Assembly: GCA_002269645.1 (NCBI GenBank)
Contig: NIVC01002352.1
Coordinates: 117,747-181,746, forward strand
Length of the DNA stretch: 64,000 nt
DNA from: Macrostomum lignano
Lineage: Eukaryota
Direction: 5' to 3'
The notes beneath the pieces were generated by a model. It was given only the letters and a program-made list of their open reading frames with translations. It had not been told where the DNA came from and did no database searches. The translations under genes were made by a program, and so were the position numbers. Positions 35,099-46,112 of the stretch are shown here, piece by piece (positions within the stretch are counted from its first letter, which is position 1; the number at the start of each line of letters is the position of its first letter).

Positions 35099-35317
35099 CT
35101 AGTCTGCAGCTTCCTCCTCAGCCACCAGTCTCTGCATGGTGCCCAGCGACACTCCAAGAATGTCCATAAACTGGTAGTGACTGTTGTACAGGGACACGTT
35201 AGTTCGTTTGATTCTACGTCTCAGCGATGGACTTTTATAAAATCCAATAGCATATGACGCATATAGAACTGGTAGGCCGACAACATTGGCAAGGAATACT
35301 TGGTTGATTGTTGGCAT
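35099..35317 (-). CDS. 72-aa single-pass membrane microprotein, weak resemblance to the CEBPZOS family
   Basis: Acceptor tttcag| 8 nt upstream of atcATG; hydrophobic VFLANVVGLPVLYASYAIGFY followed by basic KSPSLRRRIKR. Confidence 0.5.
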   Translation of the reverse strand: MPTINQVFLANVVGLPVLYASYAIGFYKSPSLRRRIKRTNVSLYNSHYQFMDILGVSLGTMQRLVAEEEAAD

Positions 35318-35572
35318 GATGGATCTGAAATGATTGCATCAGTTGGTTTTGCAACAGTATAATAGAGACATAAAAACCTCTCATGGAATCTATAGGCCTT
35401 ATGCAAACATTTTAAACCTAGGATTACTTAGAGTCTAGACACGCTATTAGCCATTGTCAAAGTCTAGAATCGAACTTAGGGTTGTGGCTCAAGAAGTGCA
35501 CATATTTACTGCAAAGTTATGCCAACCTCTTAAATAGGCCTATGCAATATAACTAAGTTAGGTTTCCATTTC

Positions 35573-35830
35573 TAGGGGTTGTAGCCTAGTGGTTAGAGCA
35601 TGACTTGAAGGTCGGTGGTTCGATTCCTGATCTCACTGGAACAATATGTGACCTTGAGCAAGACACTCAACTCTGCATTGCTTCAGTACCCATAAAATGG
35701 GTACCAGCATTAGCTGGGGTAACTCAGGGTGTTTTTGTGACTCCCTATCTTTGGATTGAACAGCAATATGCAGCTTTTGGATGTGCTACACAATAGCTGG
35801 GGCTGAGCTGTTGGTTGCATATCTGGCCCA
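35573..35830 (+). mobile_element. tRNA-derived CORE-type SINE family B, copy 1
   Basis: A-box TAGCCTAGTGG, B-box GGTTCGATTCC, CORE-like gtgaccttgagcaagacactcaactct...taaaatgggtacc. Confidence 0.8.
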
Positions 35831-37309
35831 ATTGGGTCAAGTATAATCAATTTTTTTCTTTTTTAGCACAAAAATTGTTATTGCTTTTGGTAGGAGGCTG
35901 ACCCAATGTTCATCTTTTGATACCTTACTTATGGCTCTATTAATATTCATATAACTTTTTGTTTATAAAACTAGTATTCTATGTTATTGTTAATTTTATT
36001 GCTTACATTCAATTGAACAAGTACTAGGGCCTAAAAAGCGTAAAAATGGCATAGTGTAACTCATTGATTTTATGAATCTATTTTATCATTCTTATCTTAA
36101 TGGCTACTTGTAATGGGTAGCCAATTGTGATAAGAACCTATTACAATTGGAACAAAGGTCAACAAAATCAGTTTTGTCTATCATTTTCTTGGAAAGATTG
36201 CAGTTATCTAATGTTCCAATAAAGCAAAGGAAAAATCCTAACTGGAATATATTTATCAATACTAGCAATAGTGCATAACTATTAAGTGACTTCAAAAGCC
36301 AGATTGCCAAGTCTAGGGAAACAAAATTTAAAAGTATTACAAAGAGTTGAGTGATCCAAAGTAGCATCAAACAACAGTTTGTTAAATCCTATAGATTGTA
36401 ATGGTTAAAGAAAAGTTTCTAAATCTATTTAGCTATATTATAAGAGCCCAGCTAGGCCTATTAAATGCTATAGGCCTACCTCTATTGTAGCTAAGGTCTA
36501 AACTATGCTAGATACTTACATGTTAGACCATGCAAGCATAAGTCCCAAAGATCAATGATTTTATATATACCTCATAATATCCCTACCATGTACCACTGCC
36601 ATGCTGCACCATTGCTCAATGTGTTGCACTACCACCAAACACAATGCCAACTTCCATGCACTATGCCGCTGCTAAGGACTAATTTGCATTAGATGTTGTC
36701 AATAATAATAGCCATTGGCTACAATAGGCTTATGTACAACAATTAAGGCTATTAAAACCTATAAATGAAGCAGTTGTTGCTATTTTCCATGGAAGATAAA
36801 GCAACTATAAGCAACCAATTGCATATTATCAAGTATATAAAACCTTTAAGTCAGTTCCATTCCTCTATAGTTAAGATCATTTATTAGTATATACCAAAGA
36901 AAATAATAGGCCCATATATCCTTATTTAGATGCCATGCAAGACTAAAAAATATTTTTATTATACATAGCAAAGTTATATATACTTTTTTATATTTGTATA
37001 ATATATTTTAAGGTAGGCCTATATCATTATCATATATACATATATATGTCTAGTCATATATGCCAGGATATAGGCCTATACTTGATATATACTAAAAATG
37101 GCAAGTAGCCTACCTATTGTCCCTATTGAAATAACTACCCATATAGTGTACGTCTATCTGCCACACAAAGTTGTTTAAATTTTGATATTATGCCATATTC
37201 TATACTATTGCAAAATTAGTTATGACATTTATTATACCTAAGCATAATATTTATAACCTATATTGCACATTAGCAAGATCTATTTAATGGTATTCTAATA
37301 GGGCCCATT

Positions 37310-37835
37310 GTTGTATACTAGGAAATCCAGCATAACTATGGTTTCATTTGTTATATTATTTTATTTTAAAAAGCGACAAGTTATTAGAGATTATGATAAA
37401 CCATACTCGGAAAAGTTCAGAAAAGATGACCCACCACCAAAAAAGTTCAAATTAGAGTTCAAAGTCACGAGAAAGATAATTAGAAGGGATAATGTGACAC
37501 CCAGTAGAGAAAGTTGCCAAACACATTCCGTGGATATAGATGGCACCACAGAAATTCCTGCAGATGAGTTTCGAATAGACCATCAGTCGTCCCATACATG
37601 TTGCAAAACTTCGCCTTGCAATGCGCCCACGTTCCCTTGATAGTGTTCGTATAAACTGTTGGGTCCTGGGGGTCCACCGTCCACAAAATAGAGCCGGTGG
37701 TTTACAGATGCGTGGAATGATTATCATAGGAGCCAATGGTCATCCAGCCATTTCTTTGTGTGCTGGAACAAATTTGAAACAAGAAATAATATAATGAATG
37801 AAGCCATAGTTATGCCAGAAATCCTTCTAGTATAC
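37310..37835 (-). pseudogene. Merlin / ISXO2-type (IS1595-like) transposase C-terminal relic between about 55-bp inverted repeats
   Basis: Frameshifted VNHRLYFVD-PQDPTVYTNTIKGTWAHCKAKFCNMYGTTDGLFETHLQEFLW matches the remembered Merlin motif VNH...FVDP.TG.HTQ.IE..W...K...YL.EF.W; imperfect IR at about 37312-37365 / 37781-37830. Confidence 0.7.
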
Positions 37836-38914
37836 ATGTCATGTCACCATCCAAACTATGGAGTCAGCTTTGATTCTAGGCCTTAGCCTAATAGGCAAAT
37901 GCCTATGCCTTTGCACTAAGGCCCCTATAAAGCTAGAATTTGTATCATCGATCATAGTCGTAATTATAAGCAAGAGATGACACAAACATTATGGGCCTTT
38001 AATAAACTAGTAAGCCAAGTATTTTTGAGGAAGGGATCTTGTAATACCGTATAAATGCTTTTAAAATTCTACATTTTGTTTCTTAGAAAACTTTTTTTAA
38101 ATTCGCGCAAAAATACGCTTACTTTGATTAAATGTTGTGAGTTGTGAAAATATTCTTGCGATTAATTTTGTAAAAATTTTTGCCGCATCTTAGTATAAAT
38201 AGAAGCCCTGGGTGGGCTAGGAAGACCAACTCGTTCGTGTGCTCTAGCAATAGCTAAAACTTGATAAGAAAATTGTTCAAAGTGACTCATTCATTTCTAT
38301 AGTAAAAACCCATATATTGGGAGAGTCCAAGACCGCTAAAAGCGAGAAATCGCCTCAGGGCAGTAATTGTAAATTCGCCTCAGGGCAGGAGAACCGCCTC
38401 AGAGCGAGAAGATCGCCTCAGGGCAGGGAAAATATAAGCTGTGACCCTCTGATCCCGGGAACGCCAGGACTGAGAGATATAAGAGTAGACAGTGCCAATA
38501 GACCGCTCAGGCAAAAGGTACAGTACATGTACAACCGCTACCATTTAGTTAAGTAGACGCTACCAATATAAATAGATAAGTAGACGCTACCAATATAAGT
38601 AGATAAGAAGACGCTACCAATATTAGTAGTACATTTATGCAAAAGGTACATTAAGTAGAAAGACAGAATTAACAGGCCTGCAACAACTTTGGTGGCAGCG
38701 AGTAAGGCTAAACAAAAGAATAATTAAGAGCCCTGGGACATTTAATGATATACAATGCTTTAATGAGTAGTAAATAATATTAAAACAGATATAAAAATAT
38801 ATTTTACACCAGAAATTATATTGTTTTGAGAATTCAAACATCCAAAAAATTCAATGTTTAATTTTTGCTAATGAAAATTTGGCAATCTTCTCGAATTGTT
38901 CGTTTAATTTCCGG

Positions 38915-39507
38915 GGGTGCAGCCCATTTCGGCGAAGGAATTTTCGGCGAAAGACGCTTCGACGAAAGTGAATTTTAAGTTTCAATTGATGTTACATTTC
39001 GGCGAAAGAAAGTGACCAGTTCGGCGAAAAGATGGGCTACGTATATATTGCAAATATACCAACTTTGGTGATTGAAGCTTTTAATAAATTTTCATTGCTG
39101 CAAATTATTAACAGTTAGAAAATTTAAAAACTCATGACTTAGCTCGTAGCAATGTTATGTACATGCGCGCGATATGCAGTCGATAGATTAGGGATGATGA
39201 CGGTGTGGTTTTTCAGATTATCCAGGCTCCTAAAATCGTATTTTGAAATTCCGCCGTAACGGATGGGCATCTAATAAAACAACTCAATTAAACTGCGACA
39301 AAACAAAACATGTCACGATAAAATTAGTCTTTATAAAGTTCGTCGTTTTTCTTTTTAACTTTCTTCTAAAACAAAAAACTTTTCAGCGAAGCTTGGAATA
39401 AATTTTTCGCCGAAATGGTCAGCTTTAGACGAAATGGTCATTGCGAAAGTATTTTTCGCCGTTATTGACTTTCGCCGAAAATTCTTTCGCCGAAGTAGGT
39501 TGAAACC
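38915..39507. mobile_element. Mutator-type MITE
   Basis: Imperfect GG-starting TIRs with ttcggcgaa subrepeats; perfect 9-bp TSD aatttccgg (38906-38914, 39508-39516). Confidence 0.85.
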
Positions 39508-39967
39508 AATTTCCGGAATTATTTCGCCCTCTATTCAAGGGTGGTGGGGGGTGGGGGTTGGAATTAAACGAACGATTCGAGAAGATAGCCGAAAATTTTA
39601 TTTAATTAAAGCCTTGCAACCTTTGATTTGCTTAGGTAAACCCAACCTAATTTTTACAGCACAATTTCTAAACCATCTTATGAGTTATGACAAAAGCCCA
39701 TATTTGTCATCATTAGGCCTAATGTTCTGCACTGCCTGAAAAATATGTGCAATGCCCTCGCAAAAAAAAAACAGAATCATTTCAATAGAGACAAGCAAAC
39801 AGAATGGCAAGATCTGGTTGACTTCTACTAAAAGGGACGATAGCCTATTATATTCGACAGCTTAAGACTTAAGCAACAGCAGCATTGCTTCTCTTTTTGC
39901 CGGGGTCGCGACGGGCGACGCAACTTTGAAAAATCTATGATAAATCATATAACATCAACGTAACATC

Positions 39968-40250
39968 CAGGCGTGTCGCCATAGATTTTATGGTGGGGGA
40001 CAAAAGCCAAGAATTCTACATGTACCTTATTTTCAGAATTGGTGTTATCAGCGATCATTTTAGCGCTGCAGGCACTCATTTTAGGTTTTTTCGCACTGAA
40101 GCAAAATTATTGATTTGCATACAACAGGTCAATAATAATTAAGGTGGGGTAGGGGGGGACAAAGCATTGGCATGTGTGTCCCCCCCCCCCAAAAAAAAAC
40201 TTTTACTGGCGGGACATGTCCCAACTCCCGCCTGGTGGCGACGCCCCGGT
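39968..40250 (-). mobile_element. hAT-type MITE (CAGG.GCGTCGCC termini), unexpanded copy
   Basis: Collinear with the reverse complement of 51442-52506; flanks gtaacatc / ataacatc. Confidence 0.8.
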
Positions 40251-41589
40251 ATAACATCACATGAAGTAAACTCAAGCGAATTTAATAAGTGTTGATAATA
40301 GTACATGCTCACATTCATTTTTACCTGCTGTTACTTGTTTGTTAAATCAGTGAGGTGAGACGGCTCTGCCAGGCCGCAACATTTCAGCATAGTTTTAGCG
40401 CAGCGGGTGAGATTTTTTTCAATGAGAATGGCACTCATTTTCGCTAAGGGGTCAGCTGACTCCATTGTCCTCCTCTGAATGGCTCTAATCCAGGAGTCTT
40501 GATCAACTCATACAGGTGAATTTTGCGTCCATTTACAATGTTAAAAATATGTTTCTGTTCTGTAATTTTAGGAGCTTTTGATTTTAGCTGTTCGAATATC
40601 TTATTTTTAAACCTAAAAATAAAAAATATTGAGCATTCTGGAGCAGCACTCTTCTTACTGATTAAAACCTGTTTCTGCAAATATATTTGAATTTTTTAGT
40701 TGTTTAAATCCATTGATGGTTTTCGGCCTTTCGGCCCCCTTTTGGGGAAGCCTTCGGGCCTCAGGTCTCAGAAATAAATCAATTAGAGTCCTGGCCCCCC
40801 ACTCCTGTCAGATGGTCAGCCCCATGGTAGCTTGATCGTGTGGCGAGCAGTCTAGGTCCTATAACTAAGAGAGGGACAGCGAGAGACAAGCAGGGAGGCT
40901 TTTGAAGGTAGAGATTAGCTAATCCGCAAATTAAATAACCCGCTGCCACCAGCCCGTGCGTCCTGGCTCACCAAACCGGGACTCTCGAAATCGGGCTTCC
41001 GACTAGAGGGGGCTTAGCACTTACCTGCCAACTAGTGTCTTTTTGCTGTCAATCTCGAAGTCACAGCCGATGATAAGGGACACTGCTGGGACTTGATCGC
41101 ATTGGCCATGCAGGTACAGAGGGGACTTGTGCAGGGGATTCTTGCAGTGGCGAGACTATGGGGTAGCTACATGTACTATTACATTGCTAAATACGAAGAA
41201 TTGTACTTTTGGCCTTCAACGCGCCAACTAGCCTCTCGTAGCGCTGATGATAGGCCAACTCGAACCTCAGAGACCGCATGATTCATTACCATGATGCATG
41301 ATGCATAGCAGATTCATGGTAGCAGAATAGGCCTGGAAATTGACTTACATGTATTCTATCTATTATGTACAAATCACAACAAATTTCAGAACGCAGGTTT
41401 ACAATCTACTGAATGATAGACTTTTGCAAAGAGAAAAATCTTGTAGAATCTGCTAATACTTTTCTTACTGTACATTTTGCACTAAACCAAACTTGGACGT
41501 AGTTATGTGGAATTGATTTAAAGCTTAAAGTACTAAATTTAATTCTTATCAGCATTAAGGCTGGTGGGATTTATGCTTTATGGATCAGT

Positions 41590-43020
41590 GGAGACAGGTA
41601 CCATCTATATTAAGGATCGGGGCAGACAGGTACCATCTATATTAAGGATTGGGCAGACAGGTACCATCTATATTAAGGATTGGGCAAACAGGTACCATCT
41701 ATATTAAGGATTGGGCAAACAGGTACCATCTATATTAAGGATTTGGGCAGACAGGTACCATCTATATTAAGGATTTGGGCAGACAGGTACCATCTATATT
41801 AAGGATTGGGCAAACAGGTACCATCTATATTAAGGATTTGGGCAGACAGGTACCATCTATATTAACGATCGGGGCAGACAGGTACCATCTATATTAAGGA
41901 TCGGGGCAGACAGGTACCATCTATATTAACGATCGGGGCAGACAGGTACCATCTATATTAAGGATTGGGCAAACAGGTACCATCTATATTAAGGATCGGA
42001 GCAGACAGGTACCATCTGTATTAAGGATTGGGCAGACAGGTACCATCTGTATTAAGGATCAGGGCAGACAGGTACCATCTATATTAAGGATCGGGGCAGA
42101 CAGGTTCCATCTGTATTAAGGATTGGGCAGACAGGTACCATCTGTATTAAGGATCAGGGCAGACAGGTACCATCTATATTAAGGATTGGGCAGACAGGTA
42201 CCATCTATATTAAGGATTGGGCAGACAGGTACCATCTGTATTAGGGATCAGGGCAGACAGGTACCATCTATATTAAGGATTGGGCAGACAGGTACCATCT
42301 GTATTAAGGATCAGGGCAGACAGGTACCATCTGTATTAAGGATCAGGGCAGACAGGTACCATCTATATTAAGGAACAGGGCAGACAGGTACCATCTATAT
42401 TAAGAATTGGGCAGACAGGTACCATCTATATTAAGGATCGGAGCAGACAGGTACCATCTATATTAAGAATTGGGCAGACAGGTACCATCTATATTAAGGA
42501 TTGGGCAGACAGGTACCATCTATATTAAGGATTGGGCAGACAGGTACCATCTATATTAAGGATTGGGCAGACAGGTACCATCTATATTAAGGATCGGGGC
42601 AGACAGGTACCATCTGTATTAAGGATCGGAGCAGACAGGTACCATCTATATTAAGGATCGGGGCAGACAGGTACCATCTATATTAAGGATCAGGGCAGAC
42701 AGGTACCATCTATATTAAGGATCGGGGCAGACAGGTACCATCTGTATTAAGGATCAGGGCAGACAGGTACCATCTATATTAAGGATTGGGCAGACAGGTA
42801 CCATCTGTATTAAGGATCGGAGCAGACAGGTACCATCTGTATTAAGGATCGGAGCAGACAGGTACCATCTATATTAAGGATCGGGGCAGACAGGTACCAT
42901 CTGTATTAAGGATCGGAGCAGACAGGTACCATCTGTATTAAGGATTGGGCAGACAGGTACCATCTATATTAAGGATTGGGCAGACAGGTACCATCTATAT
43001 TAAGGATCAGGGCAGACAGG
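41590..43020. repeat. 31-32-bp minisatellite (gggcagacaggtaccatctatattaaggat), same family as the terminal satellite but inverted
   Basis: About 45 units; reverse complement atccttaatatagatggtacctgtctgccc matches gatccttaat(at)agatgctacctgtctcccc. Confidence 0.96.
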
Positions 43021-43102
43021 TAGAAGGATCAAGGTAGGCAGGAAGCGACTCACTGAATAATTGGGTCCATCAGTTTCAAGTTCTATCTATACAATATATA
43101 AC

Positions 43103-44019
43103 TTAGGACTCAGAGATGATGTGAAAGTCTAGCGAAGTCTCTGGCTGAGGCTGCACCAGTAGGATCGGCAGGATGAAGGCGGCTGCCAGAGCGGCAGTCA
43201 GCGCGCTGAGCAGCAGGGAGCCGCCGGCGTACCGTCCGGCTTTGAAGGCCGTCAGGGCGGCCAGTTCGAACTCGCTGCGAGCGAAATACGAGCGAGAATA
43301 GCGGCAGCTTTGAATGGCTCGGAGCGCCAGGTTCATGCCGCAGCCCAGCTCCATGAGGAACAGGTAGGGCGCCAGCAGCAACTGCACAATGAGGCTGGCC
43401 ACGCACAGCCAGTAGTAGTCTATGGGGGGCCTGTTGGGCCCCACGTTAAACAGCCGGGCATAGGCGATTGGGCTCTTCTTTTGCGATACGTCCTCCAGAA
43501 CGTAGTCTGAGCTGGGGTCCTCGTCATCTGAGACTGTTGGGTTTGGTTGGTGTGAGTTGATTTGGGTGGATGAGTTTTAGTGAATGGTTTTGGGTGAATG
43601 AATATGGATAAATCGGTTTGGGTGAATGTGTTTGGGTGAATAACTTTTAGTGAATGGTTTTGGGTGAATGAGTTTTGGTGATTGGGTTTGGGTGATTGGG
43701 TTTGGGTGATTGGGTTTGGGTGATTGGGTTTGGGTGATTGGGTTTGGGTGATTGGGTTTGGGTGATTGGGTTTGGGTGATTGGCTTTATGTGAATAATAA
43801 GTCTGAGCTGAATACGTTCTGTAATTCATGAGTTCTTCAATTGGCAAGAACGCCGGGCCCAAACCATATGCACGCGGCGACCAGCTCACCTATGTTATTG
43901 AGCTGCACGTACTTTCCGTGCTCGGCGGCGGTCTGCCCCTCCATGCCGAATGCAGTCGCCGCAGGCGTGGCAGCCGGGGAAACTGAAGGCTCCGTTGATT
44001 CCGGCTGTTGATGACTCAT
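43103..44019 (-). CDS. CD225/dispanin (IFITM/PRRT-like) membrane protein, 184 aa
   Basis: Exons 44019-43890 and 43527-43103 (phase 1 consistent). PPIDYYWLCVASL...LALRAIQSCRYSRSYFARSEFELAALTAFKAGRY followed by a C-terminal TM helix fits the CD225 pattern. Confidence 0.65.
43560..43785. repeat. 14-bp G-tract minisatellite (ttgggtttgggtga) in the dispanin intron
   Basis: About 8 perfect units at 43675-43780 plus degenerate units. Confidence 0.92.
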
Positions 44020-44782
44020 CAATCGATGGGGACAGGGGTGACAGCTGAGCGCAATCGCTGCTTTATAGTTTAGGTGACAGGCCAAAATCTGTATTGCATA
44101 AAACGCAGGTGGCTCCAGCTTTTAAACTGCACTACAAGGTACATTAAAATATCTGTTTCATTTTTTTGCCTACGCAGTGAAATACTCATTTTGTGTTTGC
44201 AAAGGTACATAATTTTCCTGTACTGCAAAGATAAACAAACTGTGCGCTAAACCGCATGCAGGTTGGGCTACTGAGATCAAACCTATGGTGAATTCTTATC
44301 TTAGCCAGGCTGCAGCTGAAACCGCAGTTGTACAGCTCTGGTGAAATTGGCATATTTTACATGAACTTTTCAGAACTAATGAGCTACGTGTGGTGTTTAA
44401 GTAGGACTGGTACGACAGGACTGACTTGGCCGAGGAGAGAGATTCTCAGAAATGACATTCTAATTCTTATAAGGGGACCGAGGGTAGAATTCTTATCTGC
44501 GTTTGATTGTGATTTATACAGTGGATGGATTTTCTGACTAGTAAAAGACAACTCAAGTAGCAGCTAAAGGACGCTCGACACTCTACAAATTGGGCCGGCA
44601 GATTTCACTGGAGCCGCTCCAAAATGCAGTAGCAAGAAAAATTTTTTCAGTTTTTCCGTTCTAGTCTCTCAAGAATTCAGTCATCACTCCAGACTCCGTC
44701 GCCACCTTCAGCAGGTGGCTCCTGGTGTCTATGGACAATTGTGCAGGTGTAATCGATTATTGTTATTATTAAAGGGTGGATG

Positions 44783-45477
44783 CACAGAACTTACACAGAA
44801 TGCTCAATCAGCGATTTAATGAAATTAAACTGCGTAGAAAAAGGTATGCGTACAAACTACTAATCCGGTGAAGAAACATAAGTAGCCATAGACATAGCCA
44901 TCATGGAGCAAATCTTTCTTGGCAGTGACAAATCCTATTTCCAACAGAAAGGCGTTGGCAAAGACCTTCAGCGAAAATTTGCTGCAGCGAATCAGCCCGC
45001 TCTCAATCTGCACATTGAGTCCCATTCGGTAAGTTGTGCAATCAGCTTTGCAGCGCTGTATTGCCGCCTACGGCTGCACCATTGGTGCAGCAATCAACGA
45101 CGGGAAACTCAAAGGCAAAGGAAGAGGAAGCAAGTGTTCGGCGCAGACGCAGTGAGCAAGAAATTTTTGCGAATGAACGTTGGCAACTAATGGCAGTGCT
45201 TTAATGACACTTTTCCGTTTTTTATCCAACTTTTTGAGTTGCATCACTTCAAAACTTTTTGTGCTCCAGTTTAACTGGTTTCTACGTTTCACGTTTCGAT
45301 TGCTGCATGGTTTCTGGTTACTGACTTAATAAATCAGGCGGTCTTGTGCTACACACTTGAGTATTAGTCTATGGCTACTTATGTTTCTTCACCGGATTAG
45401 TAGTTTGTACGCATATCTATTTCTACGCAGTTTAATTTCATTAAATCGCTGATTGAGCATTCTGTGTAAGTTCTGTG
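44783..45477. mobile_element. Non-autonomous TIR element with 111-bp TIRs (CACAG termini), P- or hAT-type
   Basis: TIRs 44783-44893 / 45367-45477 with 2 mismatches; perfect 8-bp TSD ggtggatg (44775-44782, 45478-45485). Confidence 0.9.
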
Positions 45478-45730
45478 GGTGGATGTGCAACCAACAGCTC
45501 AGTCGCAGCTATTGCGCGGCGCATCTGAAGGCTGCGTACGGCTGTTCAGTCCAAGGACTGGGGGTCGCCACACACCCTCAATTACCCCAGCTAATGCTGG
45601 CACCCATTTTACAGCTGGGTGAACTGAAGTAATACAGAGAATTAAGTGTCTTGTTCAAGAACATAATTTGTTCCGAGTAGGTCGAGAATCGAACCCCCGA
45701 CTTTTCAGTCGTGAGTCCGACGCAGATGCG
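45478..45730 (-). mobile_element. CORE-type SINE family B, copy 2
   Basis: Reverse complement has B-box GGTTCGATTCT and ...cagctgtaaaatgggtgccagcattagctggggtaa...gagctgttggttgca as in copy 1. Confidence 0.8.
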
Positions 45731-46112
45731 ATCTCGATTCGGCAATAAGAGTTGAAACCGTTAAGTTCCCTCCTTTTTAACAAACGAAAGGATATATTTG
45801 CTGTTTAATTATCTTTTCCACAACTCGTAGTTTGCAAAAGTTGGAACAGATGTGTTTACTTATGCGTTTCCTCTTGTTGAAGCAAAGGAATCAGGGTTCC
45901 AGGGCTTTGGAATACCAGTATTACGCATAAAAACACTTAATTCGAACAAACGGAAGAAAATTTATGCATGTGCTTCATATGATTTAAGCATTGAAAATCT
46001 GAAGGGGAAACAGACTTCGTAGCAATAAGCAGTATGCTAAATAATTTTCCTGTTTTAAGGAGTCTCCATAACATCTACTTTTTGCACTTTTTTCTCCTTT
46101 TGCCAGCATCAG

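Noticed and set aside
38340-38620. Short local repeats (tcgcctcagggcag x3; aagtagacgctaccaatata x3)
   Set aside because: Too short and few to support an element or regulatory call.
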